DNA from: Armatimonadota bacterium
GTDB taxonomy: Bacteria; Armatimonadota; UBA5829; DTLH01
Direction of reading: 5' to 3'
DNA: 64,000 bases
Assembly: GCA_029551395.1 (NCBI GenBank)
Contig: JAKPFN010000014.1
Location: 319-64,318 of the forward strand
Below the pieces are notes generated by a model, which saw only the letters and a list, made by a program, of their open reading frames with translations, was not told the DNA's origin and ran no database searches. A program made the translations under genes and the position numbers. This document shows, piece by piece, positions 15,804-26,143 of this stretch (positions are counted from its first letter, which is position 1; each line of letters opens with the position of its first letter).

Positions 15804-16203
15804 GGCTGCTGCTGTTCGGGCACACCTCAACGTATGCCCGGAGTGCCGTGCGGTGATGGATGCAGAAATTAAACTTGCGGATAGACTTTCTGCAGCACCA
15901 GCAATAGAGCCGCAATCTGATGTGTGGACGCGCGTGGAAGCTAAAATCAGCACGCACAGGCACAAAAGGTCTGTCTTTGACCTGTTCTTTGCTGGCACTG
16001 CCAGAAAATTAGCGACGGCTGTGACTGCTCTCACTGTCCTGATTGCGGTAATGATAGCCATGTATGAGCCGCCTGCGCCTCCTTCTCAAAAGGAAAGCAT
16101 TAACCAGGCTATCGTTATGATGCAGGTCCAACCGGTCGAACCAGCAGCATCCGTTGGAGATACTACAGACGAAATGATGAAGGTGCTAGAAAATGCACTT
16201 TAA
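15739..16203 (+). CDS. Zinc-binding anti-sigma factor (zf-HC2) with TM helix
   Basis: Start at ATG 15739 (MNC...). HLNVCPEC motif and a single TM. Overlaps the ECF gene. Confidence 0.85.
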   Translation: MNCNQIQPNLLDYNRGLLNQREAAAVRAHLNVCPECRAVMDAEIKLADRLSAAPAIEPQSDVWTRVEAKISTHRHKRSVFDLFFAGTARKLATAVTALTVLIAVMIAMYEPPAPPSQKESINQAIVMMQVQPVEPAASVGDTTDEMMKVLENAL

Positions 16204-16990
16204 TAAAAAACCAGGAAAAATATTTAATCCGGCTGCATTAATCCTGATACTGTTTGCTGTGCTTATGCTGGGCTTTTCAGCAGCTCCTACTCAGGCAAAA
16301 GGCTCAAAAGGCAGACAGGAGATTAATCTGAACAAAGAACAGAGGGACAGACTTCAACGCCACATCGAACAAAACAAAGGTGAAGTGGCTGATGTCAGAC
16401 GGCAGATTCAGGCTGCTCGCTCAGACCTGTCTCAGCAGCTTCGCCAGTATGATGTTGACGAACGCAAAGTCCAGCAGACCATCCGCCGGATCAACGACCT
16501 GCAGACCAGACTTCAGCTAATCCATCTTGAAAATCAGGTCAAGCTGCGCGATATCCTGACCAAAGAGCAGTTTGCCGACCTTCGCGAAGCCGTTGGCAGC
16601 CGAGGAATGGATGGAGACGAAGTTCACGCATGGCCAGAAAGAGACGGCCCACACGCAAGAAACGTTCAGAACCTGGACCTATCAGAACAGCAGCAGGATC
16701 GGATAAACAAGCTGTTTCAACGATCCACTGAATCAATGAACGTACTCATACGCAAGGCCAAAGGCGATGCTGGCAGTCTTCGAGAGCTTTATCTGAGCTA
16801 CAGCCTGGATACAAAACGTGCTAAGGAGATTATCAACCGGCTAAGCAATACCAGGTTGGAAATCTTGAAAACGATGGTGGACCGTCAGGTTGAACTGCGG
16901 AATATCTTGACCAAGAAGCAGTTTGAAGCGCTGGCAAAAAGTATGCCTGGGCATGGCGGTGGATCGGGTAAAGGCCGCGGACGAAGGTAG
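16193..16990 (+). CDS. Secreted Spy/CpxP-like (LTxxQ) protein with two tandem domains
   Basis: Signal peptide, LNKEQ...ILTKEQ and LSEQQ...ILTKKQ repeats. Confidence 0.75.
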   Translation: MHFNKKPGKIFNPAALILILFAVLMLGFSAAPTQAKGSKGRQEINLNKEQRDRLQRHIEQNKGEVADVRRQIQAARSDLSQQLRQYDVDERKVQQTIRRINDLQTRLQLIHLENQVKLRDILTKEQFADLREAVGSRGMDGDEVHAWPERDGPHARNVQNLDLSEQQQDRINKLFQRSTESMNVLIRKAKGDAGSLRELYLSYSLDTKRAKEIINRLSNTRLEILKTMVDRQVELRNILTKKQFEALAKSMPGHGGGSGKGRGRR

Positions 16991-17012
16991 CTTTGACTAT
17001 ATATCACGTTAC

Positions 17013-17040
17013 AAAGGCTGATCCTCACGGATTGGCCTTT
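17013..17040. terminator. Bidirectional terminator between convergent genes
   Basis: AAAGGCTGATCC-tcac-GGATTGGCCTTT. Confidence 0.65.
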
Positions 17041-17302
17041 ACTTTGTACCTACCCGTTTCCTGATCTCTTCTTCGTCCAGTCCTTCTATCTCAAATGCCT
17101 TGTCCCGGCTTTTTTCACCCGATACAAGCGTCACCTGAGACCGCTTTACGCCTAGAACCTTGGCAAGGAAATCAACACAAGCTTTATTGGCAGCGCCTTC
17201 GACTGGAGGTGCAGTCAGCTTGACGGCAAGAACATCATCCCGCCAGCCTATAACCTCTTCCTTGGACCCTCTGGGAGTGACACGAACCTTGAGCCTTGAC
17301 AT
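17039..17302 (-). CDS. DUF167/YggU family protein
   Basis: VRVTPR..APPVEGAANKA..LVSGEKSRDK. Confidence 0.9.
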   Translation of the reverse strand: MSRLKVRVTPRGSKEEVIGWRDDVLAVKLTAPPVEGAANKACVDFLAKVLGVKRSQVTLVSGEKSRDKAFEIEGLDEEEIRKRVGTK

Positions 17303-17306
17303 GAGA

Positions 17307-18236
17307 CTACATCCGCTTCAGGATTACATTCGGCAGTAAGCGGTCGATATCTGCTCTCTTGCCCATCTCTACTCCCGAACTCATTGCAGTTGCCGCACCT
17401 GCTGCAGAGCCTAAGGCAAGCGCCTGAGCCAGAGTCTCACCTCTTGCTATTGCTGCAGCTATACCGGCAACCATCGAATCCCCCGAACCTATCGTGCTGA
17501 TTGTCTCGACTGAAGGTGGAACCGCATGCCAGACCTCATCTTTAGTAGCAGCAACCGCTCCATGCTTCCCCATCGATACTACAACTATCTCAACACCTTG
17601 CTGCACCCGGTTCTTCGCTGCTTCGGCAACATCCTCAGTTGCAGTCAGCTTTTTCCCGCAAATCCGCTCTGCTTCTGCACGATTAGGCTTAATCATTACA
17701 GGATGAGACTCTATACCCAGGATAAGCGGCTCACCATCAGCATCCAAAATTGCCTGGGCACCTTCCTTTTGGGCCATAGCAATCAAATCTCGATAAATGC
17801 CTGTGTCAATCCCCTGCGGAATACTGCCGGCAAAGATCATAATCCGGCTTCTGCCAGCCCAATACTTGATTTTTTCTTTGAGCTGTTCCAATTCCTCCGG
17901 TAAGATTGGCCCGCCTTTTTCATTAAGCGTGGTTGGCGGATTGCCATTCAGGTCTTCAATGGCTACATTGGTGCGGGTTTCTACCCTGGTTTGAACAAAA
18001 TCGGTGGGAATGCCTTCTTCTGCCAGGTCAGATGTGATGAACCTTCCGGCTCGACCGCCGACAAAACCGAGTGCAATCGTCTCTTCTCCAAGGACAGCAA
18101 GCATTCTGGATGCGTTTATCCCTTTACCGCCAGCATCCAGTTCAACTTTTCGGACTCGGTTGGTATCTCCTACTTGCAAACCTTCGACAAAAACGGTCTT
18201 GTCTAATGCTGGATTGAGAGTAACGGTTGCAATCAT
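17307..18236 (-). CDS. 1-phosphofructokinase family hexose kinase (PfkB)
   Basis: TVTLNPALD, GGKGINAS, IKPNRAE, STIGSGDSMVAG. Confidence 0.9.
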   Translation of the reverse strand: MIATVTLNPALDKTVFVEGLQVGDTNRVRKVELDAGGKGINASRMLAVLGEETIALGFVGGRAGRFITSDLAEEGIPTDFVQTRVETRTNVAIEDLNGNPPTTLNEKGGPILPEELEQLKEKIKYWAGRSRIMIFAGSIPQGIDTGIYRDLIAMAQKEGAQAILDADGEPLILGIESHPVMIKPNRAEAERICGKKLTATEDVAEAAKNRVQQGVEIVVVSMGKHGAVAATKDEVWHAVPPSVETISTIGSGDSMVAGIAAAIARGETLAQALALGSAAGAATAMSSGVEMGKRADIDRLLPNVILKRM

Positions 18237-18254
18237 ATCAGCGGCCCTTAAACC

Positions 18255-18287
18255 AAAAAGAGGGATGAAGAGTTACTCTCCATCCCT
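18255..18287 (-). terminator. Terminator/attenuator between fba and the kinase gene
   Basis: On the minus strand AGGGATGGAGAG-taa-CTCTTCATCCCT followed by CTTTT. Confidence 0.65.
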
Positions 18288-18304
18288 TACAGTCTTTACC
18301 AAAT

Positions 18305-19261
18305 TTACTCGTGGTATTTTATCTCGCTGGCAGTCAATCCGCTCACAGCACCGTTTCGGCCTGCTTTTCCGTTAGACCCAAACAGTTTGATGTAGTAGCG
18401 AACGACTTCCTTGACTGCGTTCTTTCCGGGGAGCATGATCTTGCGCATATCTTTCTCGCCCGGTCTGGCCTCAAAGGCTTCCTTCATACCACGGAGGTAA
18501 GCCATCGAAAGCTCGGTAGCAACGTTGACTTTGGAGATACCATGCTTGATAGCATCTTCAAGTGTTCCTTGATGGGGCTCAAGCTTCACGCCCTTTTCTG
18601 CAGCGTCCGCGCGAGTGCAGAGAACACCTGATGCACCATGCAGAACGAGTGGAAGACCCGTACGCTGCTTGATCTCATCAAGGCGCTCTATGTTCAACGG
18701 CTGGATGCTTTCCTTCATTCCGTGAACGCTTCCAATAGCAACTGCCATAGAGTCACAGTCGGTTTCCTCTACAAATCTCTGAGCCTGCTCAGGATCTGCC
18801 ATAAGATTATCGACCTGCTCCTGGGTCAGATTATCTTCGACCTTCGGAATCTTACCAAGCTCCGCTTCGACCGGCACGCCTACTGCATGGGCGATTTCGG
18901 TGATCTTGCGGGTGATTTTTATATTCTCATCGAGCGGAAGGCTCGACCCGTCGAACATAAGACTGGTGAATCCGGCACGCAGGCATCGGACATTCTGAAG
19001 GAAGTCCGTGCCATGGTCAAGGTGAAGCACTACAGGAACTGTCGCCAATTCGGCTGCGGTCTTGACTAACATTGTGGCGAACTCAAGTCCTGCATAGGCA
19101 ATTGCACCCTGGCTGACTTGAAGAATTACTGGGGACTGCTCCTCCTCAGCCGTTTCGATAACGGCCTGGACGCACTCCATGTTGTTTGCGTTGAATGCTC
19201 CAACTGCAAAGCCCTCCGCCTGGGCTCGCTTAAGAAGCTCTTTGCTGGTTACGAGAGGCAT
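18305..19261 (-). CDS. fba: Class II fructose-bisphosphate aldolase
   Basis: AVGAFN, LHLDHG, SLMFDGS, VEAELG, AIGSVHG, LVLHGASG, KVNVATEL. Confidence 0.92.
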   Translation of the reverse strand: MPLVTSKELLKRAQAEGFAVGAFNANNMECVQAVIETAEEEQSPVILQVSQGAIAYAGLEFATMLVKTAAELATVPVVLHLDHGTDFLQNVRCLRAGFTSLMFDGSSLPLDENIKITRKITEIAHAVGVPVEAELGKIPKVEDNLTQEQVDNLMADPEQAQRFVEETDCDSMAVAIGSVHGMKESIQPLNIERLDEIKQRTGLPLVLHGASGVLCTRADAAEKGVKLEPHQGTLEDAIKHGISKVNVATELSMAYLRGMKEAFEARPGEKDMRKIMLPGKNAVKEVVRYYIKLFGSNGKAGRNGAVSGLTASEIKYHE

Positions 19262-19357
19262 TAGTGATCGGTGTTAGACGGCATTAAGCCGCACACGTCC
19301 TCCTTCCTGTGATTTCCTGCCTGCCTTCACATCGTTGGGAAAGAGGCAAATGCGTGT

Positions 19358-19390
19358 GAAAAGCCTGCGGGGCATCGCTCCGCAGGCAAA
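19358..19390 (-). terminator. Intrinsic terminator downstream of hpf
   Basis: On the minus strand GCCTGCGGAGC-gat-GCCCCGCAGGC followed by TTTT. Confidence 0.6.
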
Positions 19391-19469
19391 CATAAAATAG
19401 TAATAGAATGAAAAGCAACGAGGTGCATACTGAACTTTAAACTCATTGCTCTTCATCTTTACTGCCTAC

Positions 19470-20042
19470 TTACAATTCCGGTTCAATAAGGCCATAGTTG
19501 CCGTCTTTACGCCGGTAAACGACGTTAAACGACTGCGTATCATCATTCAAGAACACAAAGAAATCATGGTGAAGCAGCTCCATCTGGTTGGCAGCTTCTT
19601 CAGGACTCATCGGCTTCAGTGCAAATCTCTTTGTCCGGACGATTCTTGGAGACTCCTCTTCTTCAGCAGGAACCTCTGCCAGACTCTCTACACCGACAGC
19701 CTCAGCGACCATCTGCTCTCTTTGCGCTTCCTTCTCTTTCGGGCCTTTTTCGGTAGACTTGCCGTAAAGTTTGCCCTTAAACTTCTGCACACGTCTTTCC
19801 AGCTTCTCTACAACTAGGTCTATAGACGCGTACATATCATCAGAACGTTCTTCTCCGCGGATCAGCACTCCATCGCCCTCGAGCTGTACCTCGACTATAT
19901 GCCAGTTCCGCTGAACACTCTGCGTGACCTGTGCTTCTTTAATATCTCTGAAGTACTTCTCCAGCTTCTGGACTTTCTTCTCAGCGTAACGCTTGAGGGC
20001 ATCGGTCACTTCGACATTCTTGCCCTTTACTGTTACGAGCAT
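19470..20042 (-). CDS. hpf: Long ribosome hibernation promoting factor
   Basis: GKNVEVTDALK.Y..KK..KLEKYF, DMYASID, and the C-terminal domain KPMSPEEA..QMELL.HDFFVF..VYRRKDGNYGLI. Confidence 0.95.
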   Translation of the reverse strand: MLVTVKGKNVEVTDALKRYAEKKVQKLEKYFRDIKEAQVTQSVQRNWHIVEVQLEGDGVLIRGEERSDDMYASIDLVVEKLERRVQKFKGKLYGKSTEKGPKEKEAQREQMVAEAVGVESLAEVPAEEEESPRIVRTKRFALKPMSPEEAANQMELLHHDFFVFLNDDTQSFNVVYRRKDGNYGLIEPEL

Positions 20043-20106
20043 ATGAGGTGGAAACTCCTTTCAAATATGGTAGGCGAGCCTCAAAAGCCCTATCCCAAAC
20101 CTATCA

Positions 20107-20135
20107 AGTCTAACATGAGCGAGGCTAATTGTCAA
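20107..20135 (-). promoter_or_regulatory. Sigma70 promoter TTGACA-N17-TAGACT with extended -10 TG, for hpf
   Basis: Read directly from the sequence, 65 nt upstream of the ATG. Confidence 0.7.
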
Positions 20136-20331
20136 ACTTGAGCTTGCCGTCAGTGCATCAAAGACTCGCATCAGCCGGAATTACCAGCTATTCTTCTTAT
20201 GCCCTTGCCGACAGCTAATATCACATAATAAGCCAGTAGATTTCTGCCCCATCAGCTAATAACAAGGATTAAAACACTCTTGCCGCTAAGTAAGTATTAT
20301 AAACTGACACTATCAAATCTCAGGAGTAAAT

Positions 20332-20757
20332 ATGGCACTACGAACCGCATATGCCCAGTGGACTGGCGATTTCCAGACAGGCAGCGGCACAATCAACTTC
20401 GCCAACGATACCATCAGCGCTGATTACTCGTACGCATCAATCTTCAAAAACGCATCAGGTACGAGTCCGATTGAAATGCTTGGGGCATCGCTTGCAGGAT
20501 GTTTCACTGGAGCGCTGGCAGCGATTCTTACAAAAAACGGCAACGCTCCCAGACAGATAAACACCAAAGCGGAAGTCCACGTAAACCCAATAGAAAAAGG
20601 CTTCACTATCGCCAAAATACACCTTCACACTCAGGTAGAGGCTTCTGACATCAATGAAGCAGCGCTGACCGAATGTGCAGAACGCATCAAATGCAGTTGC
20701 CCAGTCGGCCAGGCTCTTGGAATCGTAGAAATCACAGTTAAGGCAGAATTGGCCTGA
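20332..20757 (+). CDS. osmC: OsmC family peroxiredoxin
   Basis: A.WTG....GSG, GTSPIEMLGASLAGCF, and SCPV second cysteine. Confidence 0.85.
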   Translation: MALRTAYAQWTGDFQTGSGTINFANDTISADYSYASIFKNASGTSPIEMLGASLAGCFTGALAAILTKNGNAPRQINTKAEVHVNPIEKGFTIAKIHLHTQVEASDINEAALTECAERIKCSCPVGQALGIVEITVKAELA

Positions 20758-20782
20758 TTAATCTACATCTATATAAAGGCAT

Positions 20783-21385
20783 TTATTTTCTTACAAGTCC
20801 AAAGTCGCCATCTGTCATGGTGAGAGAAAACTGCACACCACACATTCGGCATCTGGACTCGGCACCCGGTGTTGGATTAGCGCCAAACGAAACCGTCCAT
20901 CCGCAGACTGGGCAGAAGAATGCTGTCTCGTGTGTCTTTTCTTCAATGCCTTTAATCAAGCTGCGAAGACCGTTGACATGACCACGCTCGGCTCTGGCAA
21001 GCTCAAGAAACAGCTCTTTTACTTGCTCATCAGACGCCTGTGCAGCAAATCCTGAGTATATCTTTACAGCCTCAGACTCAAACTCAAAATCTGCTCTGAG
21101 CATAGCCAGATTGGTCTTCTGCCCAAAAATCTGATCTCCCGTAAAAATCATCTGCTCCAAAGTCGGTCCTGGAAACGTTTCGGCAACCTTCGGATCACCC
21201 TTGTAACGATCAATCAGCTTGATCAAATCCCTTTCATGCCCGTTTTCATTCCGCATCAGACCTTGAAGAAGCGCAAGGATAAGCGGATCTGATGTTTTAT
21301 TCTGGTGATCCTGATACCGCGCGACGGCAGCAATCTCCAGGTTGAGCGATGTATATAAGTTCTGTAGATCAACGGATGTGGACAT
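20783..21385 (-). CDS. Ferritin/rubrerythrin-like di-iron protein with C-terminal CxxC..CxxC ribbon
   Basis: Start reassigned to ATG 21385 (GAGG SD). Two E..A..Y / ExxH helix pairs (NENGH, AERGH), then CPVCG...CRMCG. Confidence 0.75.
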   Translation of the reverse strand: MSTSVDLQNLYTSLNLEIAAVARYQDHQNKTSDPLILALLQGLMRNENGHERDLIKLIDRYKGDPKVAETFPGPTLEQMIFTGDQIFGQKTNLAMLRADFEFESEAVKIYSGFAAQASDEQVKELFLELARAERGHVNGLRSLIKGIEEKTHETAFFCPVCGWTVSFGANPTPGAESRCRMCGVQFSLTMTDGDFGLVRK

Positions 21386-21443
21386 TGTCTTAGTTTCCTC
21401 TTTTCTCAATAAAAAGATATGAATAAAATCTGCCTGAGCAACA

Positions 21444-22727
21444 TCAGGCAAAACTGGCTAAAGTAGCTTCAAATCCAGGATAGGAAGTCCTGATGCACTC
21501 GGTATCATGGACTACAGTTTCTCCTGAAGCTGCCATACCTGCAACAGCACAGGACATTGCTATACGATGGTCTCCGTGAGACTGGCACTCAGTTCCTGTA
21601 AGCTCTGACCTGCCGTAGATAACCATACCATCCGGCAGCTCATCTATACTTACCCCAAATTTGGCAAGTTCAACAGCTACCGTAGCAATTCTATCCGTTT
21701 CTTTAACCCGAAGTTCCTTTGCATCGGTGATTACAGTATCTCCCTCAGCAACTGCAGCAGCTACAGCCAGAATCGGCACTTCATCTATCAGCCTCGGGAT
21801 AAGCTCACCCTTGATTTCCGTTCCATGAAGGCTGCTTGTCCTCACAACAATGTCAGCCGCAGACTCTCCTGCTTCTTCGCGGATATTCTCCAGAACAAGG
21901 TTTGCCCCCATTGCCCGAAGAGCATCGATTATCCCTGTCCTTGTGGGATTTATCCCGACATTGGTGATTGTAAGCTCTGAATTCGGGATTATGAGACCTG
22001 CAACCATCCAATATGCAGCCGAGGATATATCGCCAGGAACCTGCACCGACTGTGCGTTAAGCTGCGGCCTTCCAACTACGGTTGCGGTCGTCCTTTCGCT
22101 TCTTACATCTGCCCCAAAGCCTTTAAGCATCAGTTCTGTGTGGTTTCTGGAAAGCGTGGGTTCGGTTACTGATGTCTCGCCTTCAGCAAAAAGTCCTGCC
22201 AGAAGGATTGCCGACTTCACCTGAGCGCTTGCTACGGGAGATTGATAGCTGATAGGCCAAAGCTCGCCGCCGATGATGCTCAGAGGCGCCTTATCTCCGC
22301 CTTCCCGGCCAAAAATCATCGCTCCCATTTCTTTTAACGGCTCTACTACCCGTCCCATAGGCCGCCTGCGGATAGACTCGTCTCCTGTTATGACTGAATA
22401 GAACGATTGACCAGCCAGCACTCCGGTTATAAGCCTGATTCCGGTTCCTGAGTTGCCGACATCTATAACATCTCCCGGTTCCCGAAGCCCATCAAGCCCA
22501 TTTCCGTGGATTTCCAACACATCAGGAAACGGCCAGGAGATGGAAACTCCAAGACGCATAAACGCCCGAGCCGTATTGAGGCAGTCTTCACTTCTGAGGA
22601 ATCCTGTAACCTGTGTTGTTCCCTTAGCAAGCGAACCCAGGATAACCGCCCGGTGGCTGATAGACTTATCCCCCGGTACGCTGACCTCTCCCACAAGCCC
22701 TATTGTACTTTTAACTTTCAATTCCAT
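21444..22727 (-). CDS. aroA: EPSP synthase
   Basis: PGDKSISHR, GNSGT, RPMGR, SAQVKSA, ELRVKETDRI, GDHRIAM. Confidence 0.98.
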   Translation of the reverse strand: MELKVKSTIGLVGEVSVPGDKSISHRAVILGSLAKGTTQVTGFLRSEDCLNTARAFMRLGVSISWPFPDVLEIHGNGLDGLREPGDVIDVGNSGTGIRLITGVLAGQSFYSVITGDESIRRRPMGRVVEPLKEMGAMIFGREGGDKAPLSIIGGELWPISYQSPVASAQVKSAILLAGLFAEGETSVTEPTLSRNHTELMLKGFGADVRSERTTATVVGRPQLNAQSVQVPGDISSAAYWMVAGLIIPNSELTITNVGINPTRTGIIDALRAMGANLVLENIREEAGESAADIVVRTSSLHGTEIKGELIPRLIDEVPILAVAAAVAEGDTVITDAKELRVKETDRIATVAVELAKFGVSIDELPDGMVIYGRSELTGTECQSHGDHRIAMSCAVAGMAASGETVVHDTECIRTSYPGFEATLASFA

Positions 22728-22765
22728 TATCTAGCTCAAAACGGCTGCCTGAAACTTGCTGACTC

Positions 22766-23662
22766 TCATTCAGTCTCGGAATCATCAGGAAAATCTTTCG
22801 CCCAACTATCTCTAATCATCTTGCCTTCTGAGAAGTGCCGCTTGACCACTTTAGCATCGCCGGACTCTATTCCCATTCTGACTTCGGTAAGCAGATCCTC
22901 AAGCTTCTTCAATGCAGAACTGATAGCCTCCTTGCTGGAAAGGCATATATCTACCCATATCTCAGGAGGACTGGAAGCTACCCTCGTCATATCCCTAAAA
23001 CTGCCTGCTGCAAGCTCCAAAACCTGCCCTGACTTTGCTTGTTCCTCTGCTGCAAGCCTCAGGATTGCCGATGCAAGAACGTGAGGCACGTGGCTAATTA
23101 TCGCCACACTTCGGTCATGTTGTTCCGGGTCCATCAGAATAACATTGGAACCAAGCCCTTCAGCAAACCGAACAAGTGTATTCAACGCCATTACATCCGT
23201 CGAAGAGGTTGGAGTGATAACATAGGTAGCATTCAGAAACAGGTAAGGCAGCGCTGCTTCGACTCCATCGGCCTCTGATCCAGCCATTGGATGCCCACCG
23301 ACAAAGAACCTGCCTTCTGGAAGCGCCTCATCTGCCCCGCGAGTAATCTCTGCCTTGGTGCTCCCTACATCAGTTACGATTGCTCCTTCTTTAAGGACTG
23401 GGGCAATTGCTTTGATGGTTGGCACAATAGCAAGGACCGGAGTGCAGATGAATACAATGTCCGCCTCTCGCACTCCGGCAAGAAGATCAGTAGTATAGGC
23501 ATCGACTGCGGCCAGTTCCTGGGCACGATGAAGCTTGCGAGCATCGCGGCCTATCCCGATGACCTTTCTGGCCAATCCTCTGGCCTTCGCTGCCATCCCG
23601 ATTGACCCGCCAATCAGACCAACGCCTATTATGGAGATTGTGTCTACTACTCGCTCGCCCAT
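22766..23662 (-). CDS. tyrA: Prephenate/arogenate dehydrogenase
   Basis: [44 protein letters not shown]. Confidence 0.95.
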   Translation of the reverse strand: MGERVVDTISIIGVGLIGGSIGMAAKARGLARKVIGIGRDARKLHRAQELAAVDAYTTDLLAGVREADIVFICTPVLAIVPTIKAIAPVLKEGAIVTDVGSTKAEITRGADEALPEGRFFVGGHPMAGSEADGVEAALPYLFLNATYVITPTSSTDVMALNTLVRFAEGLGSNVILMDPEQHDRSVAIISHVPHVLASAILRLAAEEQAKSGQVLELAAGSFRDMTRVASSPPEIWVDICLSSKEAISSALKKLEDLLTEVRMGIESGDAKVVKRHFSEGKMIRDSWAKDFPDDSETE

Positions 23663-23709
23663 AGTCTTACAGATCGAGGAATGACTGATAAATCGTTAAA
23701 TCCTGATCC

Positions 23710-24732
23710 TTATACAAACCTTCCCACAGCTCGCGCACACAGCCCAATTTCCGTCATAAGAGTGCTGAACATATCCGGCGTAAGTGATTGCGCTCCATCT
23801 TTAAGCGCTTTTTCCGGGCAGGGATGGACTTCTACCATTAAAACATCAGCGCCTGCAACAACCGCTGCCCTTGCTACCGGAGGAACCAGATGCACTCGGC
23901 CAGTGCCATGACTTGGATCTGCGACTATAGGCAAGTGTGTCAGCCCGAAAAGCGCTGGAATGGCGCTTACATCAAAAGTATTCCGGGTGAATGTCTCAAA
24001 CGTGCGTATTCCTCGCTCGCAGAGCATAATATTGTAGTTGCCGCGATTAGCTATATACTCAGCCGCCTGCAGCCACTCCTCAATAGTCGATGCCATACCA
24101 CGCTTTAGCATCACAGGCTTATTGGAATTCCCAATCTCCCTCAAAAGCGAGAAATTGGTCATATTTCTGGTGCCTACCTGTAGAATATCCGCATACTCTG
24201 AGACCAACTCGACATCCCTGGTGTCCATTACCTCGGTAATAAACGGCAGTCCTGTAACTTCCCGCGCTGCTGCAAGAATCTTGAGGGCATCTTCTCCAAG
24301 TCCGTGAAAACTGTAAGGAGATGTGCTTGGTTTGAACGCGCCACCTCGTAGTATCGATGCACCTGCTGCTTTTACTGCCTTGGCTGTCTCGATAGTCTGC
24401 TCTTCGCTCTCAACCGAGCATGGCCCGGCCATTACAACAATCTTTTGACCACCTATATCGACTCCTCCAACCCTGATTATCGACTTATCCGGATGGAACT
24501 CGCGGCTGACTATTTTATACGGCTTCAGGATTGGAATAACACGCTCAACATAGTCAAATGACGAGAGCTGTTCCGCAATAATCGCCTTATCCTGGTCTGG
24601 TGCGCCAATAGCTCCGACTATCGTTTTTTCTACGCCTTTGGATATGTGGACTCCATAACCACGATCCTCCAGGTTTTGGACTAACTCTTGAAGGTCGCCC
24701 TCCGTAGCTGCTGGAGTCAATAGGATGATCAT
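23710..24732 (-). CDS. aroF: DAHP synthase (type I-beta, N-terminal regulatory domain)
   Basis: [46 protein letters not shown]. Confidence 0.95.
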   Translation of the reverse strand: MIILLTPAATEGDLQELVQNLEDRGYGVHISKGVEKTIVGAIGAPDQDKAIIAEQLSSFDYVERVIPILKPYKIVSREFHPDKSIIRVGGVDIGGQKIVVMAGPCSVESEEQTIETAKAVKAAGASILRGGAFKPSTSPYSFHGLGEDALKILAAAREVTGLPFITEVMDTRDVELVSEYADILQVGTRNMTNFSLLREIGNSNKPVMLKRGMASTIEEWLQAAEYIANRGNYNIMLCERGIRTFETFTRNTFDVSAIPALFGLTHLPIVADPSHGTGRVHLVPPVARAAVVAGADVLMVEVHPCPEKALKDGAQSLTPDMFSTLMTEIGLCARAVGRFV

Positions 24733-24791
24733 AAACTTCCCTTTCCAAGAACACGTGCGGCAAAGATTCTCATCTCAAAAATCCTGCCATT

Positions 24792-25904
24792 TTACCCTTT
24801 ACTACTTATACTCCCTAAAACTTCTTCAAGTGCCTTGATGCACCGTTCATTATCCTGCGGTAGTCCTGTGGAGATGCGGATATGGGTCGGCCAACCAAAA
24901 ACATCTCCCGTGCGGATGATAACCCCGCGCTTGAGCAGTTCAACAAACACCTGCTTGCTGTCTTGTCCAACATCCACCCACACGAAATTAGCCTCGCTTG
25001 GCACGTATTTCAATCCAAGCCGGTCGAACTGGCTGTAGAAATAATTCTTGCCATCACTATTCATCATCCTGCTTTTGATGACCTGGTCCTGGTCTTGAAG
25101 ACTGGCAATTGCAGCCACCTGGGCAATAGAACCTACATTAAACGGCAGTCTGATACGTTCTATTAAGCTTATCAACTCCGGTCTTGCAATAGCATAACCC
25201 AGCCTCAGTCCGGCAAGGCCGTAAATCTTCGAAAAAGTCCTGAGCAGGATGACATTTCTGCCTTCCAATACCCACTTTAACCCGTTTGGATAGTCCGAGC
25301 GTTCAATATACTCATAATACGCTTCATCCAGAACAAGAATCGCACGCTCAGGCAGAGCATCAAGAATCCTCTCAGCATCTTTATGAGGCAGCATATTCCC
25401 TGTCGGATTGTTAGGGTTGGCAATAAAAACCAGCTTGGTATGCTCATTAAATTGGTCAATCAACGCATCTACGTCATAACTGAAGTCCTCATGTAGAGGA
25501 ACCATACAGCATGTGCAATTATTCGAAGTTGCCGCACCTTCATACTGGCTGAATGTCGGATCGCTTTGAATTACGCAATCGCCTTCCTCAAGGAAAACAT
25601 TGCCAATCTCTCTTATCAGCTCATCCGATCCTGCGCCAAATGAAAGGTAATCCGGCTGCACCCCAAGATGACTTGCAAGCGCATTACGCAGCGTAAAGCA
25701 ACTGCCATCTGGATACAGCGCAACATTATCGCAGGCTTTCTTCATAGCCTCGATAGCTTTCGGGCTGGCCCCAAGCGGATTTTCGTTCGAAGCCAGCTTC
25801 ACAATATCCGTCAACCCATATTCCCTCTGGACTTCCTCTATCGGTTTGCCAGGAATATAAGGCTTGAGTCTTAAAACGCATTCTTTACAAAGTCTTGGAG
25901 ACAC
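24792..25904 (-). CDS. hisC: Histidinol-phosphate/aromatic aminotransferase
   Basis: KLASNENP, NPNNPTG, DEAY, RTFSKIYGLAGLRLGY. Start placed at GTG 25904 after GAGGTG. Confidence 0.93.
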   Translation of the reverse strand: MSPRLCKECVLRLKPYIPGKPIEEVQREYGLTDIVKLASNENPLGASPKAIEAMKKACDNVALYPDGSCFTLRNALASHLGVQPDYLSFGAGSDELIREIGNVFLEEGDCVIQSDPTFSQYEGAATSNNCTCCMVPLHEDFSYDVDALIDQFNEHTKLVFIANPNNPTGNMLPHKDAERILDALPERAILVLDEAYYEYIERSDYPNGLKWVLEGRNVILLRTFSKIYGLAGLRLGYAIARPELISLIERIRLPFNVGSIAQVAAIASLQDQDQVIKSRMMNSDGKNYFYSQFDRLGLKYVPSEANFVWVDVGQDSKQVFVELLKRGVIIRTGDVFGWPTHIRISTGLPQDNERCIKALEEVLGSISSKG

Positions 25905-26143
25905 GTGATTATTCACCTCATCTGTTATAAATGAAGTATAGCACAAAGGTGGGAATCAATAGAAACTCGTAAGGATTAAGTTACTATTAAGGCTGTTTGA
26001 GATACATGGATTAGTCATCCCATACTGCCGGAAACGGGGAGACGAGGAAAGAAAGTAAAAAAACAAAAATACAGAGAACAGACAAAATCTCAATCTCTTT
26101 TTTGCTTTCTCACTTTCGAGCTTTCCTCGTCTATCTCTATCCT

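Noticed and set aside
25947..26143. T-box or attenuator upstream of hisC-aroF-tyrA-aroA
   Set aside because: No T-box consensus or leader peptide was found. The region holds a purine/pyrimidine hairpin and an extended -10 (TGCTATACT, 25943-25935) downstream of it.
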